Below are positions 58,969 through 64,000 of a stretch of DNA of 64,000 nucleotides, piece by piece. The stretch's first letter is position 1. Every line of letters begins with the position of its first letter. The position numbers were made by a program, and so were the translations under genes. Source of the stretch: an uncultured Bdellovibrionales bacterium (GTDB lineage Bacteria; Patescibacteriota; Minisyncoccia; Moranbacterales; GWC2-37-73). The notes below the pieces were generated by a model that ran no database searches, was not told where the DNA came from, and worked only from the letters and a program-made list of their open reading frames with translations. The stretch lies in assembly GCA_964484505.1 (NCBI GenBank), contig CAZAFB010000006.1, forward strand, positions 14,337 to 78,336. Direction: 5' to 3'.

Positions 58969-60666
58969 ATGAAGCTTAAAAAAATTGTTATACAAAATTT
59001 TAAATCGATTATAAATGATGAGGTTATTTTTAATGACTTCACTTTTTTTGTTGGAAAAAATAATTATGGGAAGTCTAATTATTTAAGAGCGGTTGACCAT
59101 TTGCTTAGTTTTTCAAAAACATACGGAAATGTCAAAGAAATTCAAAATAATAAGGAAAACCCAATTGTTATTGACGGATGGTTTGAGGGTGTAGAAAAAT
59201 ATACGCCACAGCTGAAAGACAGTAAACACAAAGAGGCTGTTGAAAAATTAATTAACAGTGACAATTTAATTCAGTTGCGTTTAACTATAAACTTAGACGG
59301 TCAAGGCGAAACATCTCTTATTGATCCTTCAAATAGTGAAACCGTAAATCCGACTGGTTGGTCAACAAACTGTAAAAAGTTATTTCCAGAAACTATTTTT
59401 ATTCCTGCTACTGCAGACACTGCTGACGAACTGCAAGAAAAAGCTTCAACAGCATTATCAAAAATAAAAAAAGAAGTAATGCAACAGTTTTTTACTTCCT
59501 TATCGTCAAAGATTGATACAGCATTTGAGCCAATCGATAAATTTTTACATGGCGAAGAAAAAGACAGATCGGAAGATTTAAAAAATCTAGAAAATGATTT
59601 TGCTGAAGAAATGATGGGTGAATTTTCTACAACAAAGCCATCAATAAAATTCACTTTGCCAGACTCAAGTTTTATCGGCAAAGGAATGAAAATTAACCTT
59701 CATGATGGGTTTCACGATTGCGATATTGAGCAAAAAGGACATGGACTCCAGAGAACGGCTCTCTTTGCTTTAATTCGTCTTTTATCCAAGCACAATTCTT
59801 CAAGCCAAACAAAACCAGCACCAATATTTTTAATTGAAGAACTGGAAGCGTTTTTGCATCCATCTGCTCAAAAAAGATTAGCTGAAAGCATGGAAAAAAT
59901 GGCTGGAAAATATCAAACAATTGCAACAACCCATTCACCATTCGTTTTGACCGAAAAGCTTTTGGGCGGTTATAGAAAAATATTTCGTAATGATAAAGAA
60001 GGATCCAAGTGTTGCGGACCACAGAAAAATCATGATGAATTTAAAAAGAAAGACTATGATGTCGTTAAAAATTCTTTATCGCACACTGGAAATTTAATAA
60101 GTCTGTTTTCAGACATTGTGGTAGTTGTTGAAGGAAGGGAGGATAGCGGTTTTTATCCAACCGTATTGGAATTATTGAAAAAAGAAGAAAACGGACTAGT
60201 TTCCTTTGTCGAAACTGTTGGGGGAGGAAATAGTAATTTTCATGTATCGTATAACTTTTTCAAACTTATGGGATTCAAGAAAATTTTTGTTATCTGTGAT
60301 TTGGATTGTCTCTTTGATACAAATTTTAAGGAGTTGTTAAAAACTGTTTCTGTTGACTCTGATTTTATTGATGATTTTAGGAAAGATATCGGCTTTTCTG
60401 GTGCTGGACAGCCAGGAACGGAGTTTGTTTTATCAAATATTGAAAAAATTGATAATAAAAAAATAACAGATAAAATTTCTGAGTTGGCAAAAATAAATAT
60501 TTTTGTATTAAAAAATGGAACACCGGAAAATTATTATTCAGATGATTTCAAAAAGGACAATAGCGCAAGAAATGTTAAAAAAATATGGGAATATTTAACA
60601 AGCAAAGAAGATTTGAAAAACATAGAAGAGCTAGGTAGTATCATGAATCCGATTTTAAATTCATAA
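58969..60666 (+). CDS. OLD-family ATP-dependent nuclease (ABC-type ATPase plus Toprim)
   Basis: N-terminal IQNFKSI...FVGKNNYGKSNYLRAV (AAA_15/21). Q-loop and signature regions. C-terminal Toprim VVVEGREDSGF...FVICDLD. Confidence 0.7.
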   Translation: MKLKKIVIQNFKSIINDEVIFNDFTFFVGKNNYGKSNYLRAVDHLLSFSKTYGNVKEIQNNKENPIVIDGWFEGVEKYTPQLKDSKHKEAVEKLINSDNLIQLRLTINLDGQGETSLIDPSNSETVNPTGWSTNCKKLFPETIFIPATADTADELQEKASTALSKIKKEVMQQFFTSLSSKIDTAFEPIDKFLHGEEKDRSEDLKNLENDFAEEMMGEFSTTKPSIKFTLPDSSFIGKGMKINLHDGFHDCDIEQKGHGLQRTALFALIRLLSKHNSSSQTKPAPIFLIEELEAFLHPSAQKRLAESMEKMAGKYQTIATTHSPFVLTEKLLGGYRKIFRNDKEGSKCCGPQKNHDEFKKKDYDVVKNSLSHTGNLISLFSDIVVVVEGREDSGFYPTVLELLKKEENGLVSFVETVGGGNSNFHVSYNFFKLMGFKKIFVICDLDCLFDTNFKELLKTVSVDSDFIDDFRKDIGFSGAGQPGTEFVLSNIEKIDNKKITDKISELAKINIFVLKNGTPENYYSDDFKKDNSARNVKKIWEYLTSKEDLKNIEELGSIMNPILNS

Positions 60667-60861
60667 TACAATACTACAATAAGGAGTTTTTGTTTTTGGG
60701 CATTCACCCCTTACCCCTCTGCCCAAAATCAAAAACAAAAAAACTTATTTATCATTTAGAATAAAAGCAAATTTAAAAAAGAAAAAGAATTTTACATCAC
60801 ATAACAAGGCATATCCGGTTCAAAAATTTTGCACTTTATAATAAAATCAAGGAAAGCAAAA

Positions 60862-61096
60862 TTTTCTCTCCCAAATTTTTCTTCCGCTAAGCTACAGAAA
60901 AACTTCGGATATGCCTAACGTTCAGCGCCATCGCTCGCTTCGCTCACTCTGGCACTGAACGGGCGCAGCTTGACAGCCTCATTCGTCACTGCCGCATCGC
61001 TCCGCTCGCGACAGCGCCGAACTCGGCTTATGCGAAATAATTGTCACCACGCTAAGGCGTGGCTCCAATTACATCGCATACGCCGCGCCCGTTATG
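60862..61096 (+). repeat. GC-rich structured intergenic repeat, copy B
   Basis: See copy A. Its 5' AT-rich part is shorter. Confidence 0.85.
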
Positions 61097-61208
61097 CGCA
61101 ATCGCAAAAAACCTCTCTTTATTAATTCATTTAATAATTTTGGCGAAATGCGGATGCAGGTCGAGAATAACTCAAATGTAATAGATAATTAATTTAAGTA
61201 AAAAATTT

Positions 61209-61685
61209 ATGAGTGAAAAAATGATGGGGCTAGAACAAGTTGGCCCAAATAAAGAGCACTTGCAAAGAGCCACGGATTTTAAAAATGTAAGAGAAAATGC
61301 ATTAGAAGATAGGCGCGAAGCAAAGATAGAAACCTCAATTGAATTAAAGAAATTTAATCCCTGGCAAAAAGATACTGAACAATGGCAGCAATTTGAAGAT
61401 TTCTGCCACGAAGAACTTCCAAAATATGAAGCCTTTGTTAATGAGAATGCAAAAAAGATAATTGCAGAACTTCTCCATGCTGGCACGCAAGTCACAGAAA
61501 ATCCAGATTATGATGGCTATAAAAGTTTTGACATACTTGATCAGAGTGGTCTTGTGGCTCATTTTGATGGGGGATGGGTTGATGCTGGTGATTGGGATAA
61601 GGGATATGCATTTCATTTATCAGGCTTTACGCCGACTCAACAAACAGCAGCAGTAAAATGGATAGTAAAATTTGAAGAAAAATAA
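61209..61685 (+). CDS. hypothetical protein
   Basis: ORF only. Confidence 0.35.
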   Translation: MSEKMMGLEQVGPNKEHLQRATDFKNVRENALEDRREAKIETSIELKKFNPWQKDTEQWQQFEDFCHEELPKYEAFVNENAKKIIAELLHAGTQVTENPDYDGYKSFDILDQSGLVAHFDGGWVDAGDWDKGYAFHLSGFTPTQQTAAVKWIVKFEEK

Positions 61686-61821
61686 ATCGCCAAAATTATA
61701 AATGCAGAAATACAATTAAGGAATGAGGCTTTTCGCGACAGCGTATAACAGCCCATATCTGGCTACAGGAAATTTCAAAATCTATTTTAATCCTCTTTTA
61801 TTAAAGCAATTTTTCATAAAA

Positions 61822-62475
61822 ATGAATAAGGAACAAATCGTAAATCAAACTGCTGACTATATCAAAACTAAACTCACCGGCGAAGGTTCTGGTCATGACT
61901 GGTGGCATGTTTATCGTGTGTGGAAAAATGCTGTTCACATTGGCAAACATGAAAACGCAGATTTGTTCGTCGTTGAACTTGCTGCGTTATTACACGATAT
62001 TGCTGATTGGAAATTCAACGATGGCAATGACGATGTCGGTCCGCAGTTGGCAAGAGAGTGGCTAGAAAAATTAGAGGTTGATGAGGCGGTGATTTCTCAT
62101 GTTTGCCAAATCATCAAAGACGCTTCGTTCAAGGGAGCGGGCGTCATGACCGAGATGAAAACAATCGAGGGTATGGTTGTTCAAGACGCTGATCGATTAG
62201 ACGCGATTGGTGCTATTGGAATTGCTAGAACCTTCGCCTACGGTGGTGCGAAAGGACGAGAAATGTATAATCCCGAAATTAAACCTGAAAAACACGAATC
62301 TTTTGAGCAGTACAAAAACAATCAAAGTCACACAGTGAATCATTTTTATGAAAAATTGCTACTCTTGAAAGAATTGATGAATACTGAAACTGCGAAAAAA
62401 ATTGCCGAGAAGCGACATAAAGTGATGGAAGAATTTTTAGACGAATTCTTTCAAGAGTGGGAAGGAAAGGATTAA
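61822..62475 (+). CDS. HD-domain phosphohydrolase
   Basis: GHDWWHVYRV...LLHDIADWKF...DADRLDA. Confidence 0.65.
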   Translation: MNKEQIVNQTADYIKTKLTGEGSGHDWWHVYRVWKNAVHIGKHENADLFVVELAALLHDIADWKFNDGNDDVGPQLAREWLEKLEVDEAVISHVCQIIKDASFKGAGVMTEMKTIEGMVVQDADRLDAIGAIGIARTFAYGGAKGREMYNPEIKPEKHESFEQYKNNQSHTVNHFYEKLLLLKELMNTETAKKIAEKRHKVMEEFLDEFFQEWEGKD

Positions 62476-62485
62476 AACAAATTTT

Positions 62486-62560
62486 GAAAATTTTCCTCCG
62501 CTCAAATTTTCCTTCACTACGTTTCGGAAAACTTCAGATATGTACAAACGTTAGACAAAA
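62486..62560 (+). repeat. partial copy (5' part only) of the GC-rich repeat family
   Basis: ctcaaattttccttcactacgtttcggaaaacttcagatatgtacaaacgtt, then diverges. Confidence 0.5.
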
Positions 62561-62797
62561 TTTTGCCGATAATTGTTTTGTAAAAAATGTTTGTGCTGGT
62601 AAAAAAGTATTTTGAAATAATAAAATTTGATATATAAAATCGGCAAAACATCGTCTAACACTGTGTACCTGGTTTCATGAAAAGGAATTCAACAAATAAT
62701 CTTTACAATTTCAAATGCCATTTTTTGGGATTTTTTGGGAAAAGAAAACGGCCTTCAGTTTTGGCTGAAGACCGTCGTGTGCAAATTCTCGCACATT

Positions 62798-63058
62798 TTA
62801 TTCCGCGGTATTTTTGTCGGTTTTGCAGAATAAATTTACAAAGAACAGCTTGATTTTACTTGGCGGTGGCGGTGGCGGAAATGTAGTGGTTGCATCATGC
62901 TTTGATCTTCCACAACCCCCACAATACTTCGTGAATTTCCACAGTTCCGTACCACACCAGTTGCATGTTGTCATTGGCACCATTTCGCCACCACAGTTAT
63001 CACAGAATTTTCTATAACCTTGTCTTCCACACTGTGAACACATCTTGTTGGCCATAAT
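62798..63058 (-). CDS. small zinc-ribbon protein with poly-Pro tail
   Basis: Four CxxC pairs (CSQCG...CDNCG...CNWCG...CGGCG). Confidence 0.4.
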   Translation of the reverse strand: MMANKMCSQCGRQGYRKFCDNCGGEMVPMTTCNWCGTELWKFTKYCGGCGRSKHDATTTFPPPPPPSKIKLFFVNLFCKTDKNTAE

Positions 63059-63212
63059 AATGAACCTCCCTCGTGTTTTTTTGAACAATTTTACACAAAA
63101 TTAACTTCAAGCAAGTATAGCAGAAAATAATGATTATGTCAACTATTTTTCCCAAAAAATCCCAAAAAATGGCTCAAATTAAGGAAATTATTTGTTAAAT
63201 TCCTTTTCATTT

Positions 63213-63466
63213 CACCCAAATTTTTGCTTCTTTTCTCTTTATTGATATAATATGGGAAGCGAAGCAAAAACTTCAGATACACAGAAACGTTCAGCGCCAT
63301 CGCTCGCTTCGCTCACTCTGGCACTGAACGGGCGCAGCTTGACAGCCTCATTCGTCACTGCCGCATCGCTCCGCTCGCGACAGCGCCGAACTCGGCTTAT
63401 GCGAAATAATTGTCACCACGCTAAGGCGTGGCTCCAATTACATCGCATACGCCGCGCCCGTTATAC
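63213..63466 (+). repeat. GC-rich structured intergenic repeat, copy C
   Basis: See copy A. Confidence 0.85.
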
Positions 63467-63595
63467 GAAATTTTGTTCAAAAATATTTTTTTATTTTATA
63501 TTTGAGCCCTTTTGAAATTTTTTTGGAAAAGGAAAACGCGCCAGAGGTCCGAAGACATGACGCGTTGCATGACGAGAAAGCACTGTTCTCGCTTA

Positions 63596-63988
63596 TTAGT
63601 TGGCCGGAAACTCCTCGAAACACAGGGCGACGGTCTGCTCGTGTGCATTATAGAGCGCACGCATATCGAGCCATTGTGTGTCGCGTCCATCATCCGGCTG
63701 AAGGCCAACCGCATTGCCCTCAAAGAACAGCGTACCTTCGCCGAGCGTGATCTTCTGACCCACCTTTGGGGTCTTCGGGAACACGCCGTGGAAGAGGTCG
63801 CCGATATGCCGTGACTGTCTGGTTTCTTTCACGATAGCGATGAGGCGACCGCGCTTGCCAGCCTTCACCTGAACAAGGTGTATCGGCTCCTCGTTTTCGA
63901 GAGAAACGTACAGCATGACACTTCCGTAGCGATCAGATCTGCGCTCGGCTCCGTTCCAATTCAGAATACCTGTTCCTAGTTCCTGCAT
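63596..63988 (-). CDS. hypothetical protein in a GC-rich (~55% GC) segment
   Basis: Good SD GGAGGAAUAAAC upstream. Composition is very different from the rest of the window. Confidence 0.35.
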   Translation of the reverse strand: MQELGTGILNWNGAERRSDRYGSVMLYVSLENEEPIHLVQVKAGKRGRLIAIVKETRQSRHIGDLFHGVFPKTPKVGQKITLGEGTLFFEGNAVGLQPDDGRDTQWLDMRALYNAHEQTVALCFEEFPAN

Positions 63989-64000
63989 GTTTATTCCTCC

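Noticed and set aside
1-64000. Numerous 60-180-aa ORFs antisense to or nested within longer genes, for example 584-829, 1111-1569, 8351-9022, 31064-32182, 37591-38328, 44510-45037 and 45375-45911.
   Set aside because: They are entirely contained within longer, motif-supported ORFs on the opposite strand or frame, and have low-complexity or hydrophobic-nonsense composition typical of AT-rich shadow frames.
1-64000. CRISPR arrays, rRNA genes, transposase or phage structural genes.
   Set aside because: No regularly spaced short direct repeats with unique spacers were found. No rRNA-like GC-rich long segments were found. No DDE/HUH transposase or capsid/terminase-like ORFs were recognised.

Overview
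This 64-kb window is AT-rich (about 37% GC) and compact, and reads like a reduced, probably CPR/Patescibacteria-like, genome. The housekeeping backbone includes ribosomal proteins S2, L31 and L33, EF-Ts, release factor 1, PrmC, GlyRS, DNA pol III delta', FtsQ, MscL and a tRNA operon (Thr-x-Tyr-x-Thr-rpmG-Trp). Between these genes sit accessory modules and many repeats.

The features I consider most interesting are:
- **Restriction-modification/defense island (about 55.4-61.1 kb).** A 5.2-kb island encodes a RadC-JAB::C5-cytosine-methyltransferase fusion, an HpaII-like restriction endonuclease, Vsr and an OLD-family ATPase-Toprim nuclease. It is bracketed by near-identical direct copies (about 240 bp) of a GC-rich structured repeat of which two more full/partial copies lie further downstream. 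The repeats follow successive genes downstream of a divergently oriented Xer-like tyrosine recombinase, which resembles a cassette array.
- **SIR2 / Nudix-like insertion (2.5-4.5 kb).** A two-gene module (SIR2-like NAD-binding domain protein plus a degenerate Nudix-like protein) is bounded by 26-bp direct repeats at the 3' end of a pseudouridine synthase gene. A UvrD/HelD-like helicase and a canonical Nudix gene are adjacent.
- **GC-rich structured RNA candidates.**
  - A roughly 280-nt domain (14.6-14.9 kb) is closed by an 8-bp terminal helix and followed by an intrinsic terminator, in the leader of a small membrane-protein gene.
  - Two paralogous GC-rich segments (about 160 and 187 nt) sit inside the tRNA operon, one next to a body-deleted pseudo-tRNA-Trp copy.
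- **Uronic polysaccharide-type cluster (9.4-14.0 kb).** A truncated nucleotide-sugar dehydrogenase is followed by a GT2-LysM-beta-helix fusion and a PL7-like lyase.
- **Long minus-strand operon (36.2-46.6 kb).** It carries a VirB4-like ATPase with several large uncharacterised proteins and two copies of a 130-bp MITE-like promoter element.
- **Smaller elements.** Recurrent TTCGTA hexamer arrays occur in several promoters. A 22-nt repeat and a heptamer microsatellite lie inside prmC. A small lysine-rich histone-like gene sits next to a DnaA-box-containing AT-rich region. GC content jumps sharply at the 3' end of the window.

No CRISPR array or rRNA was seen.
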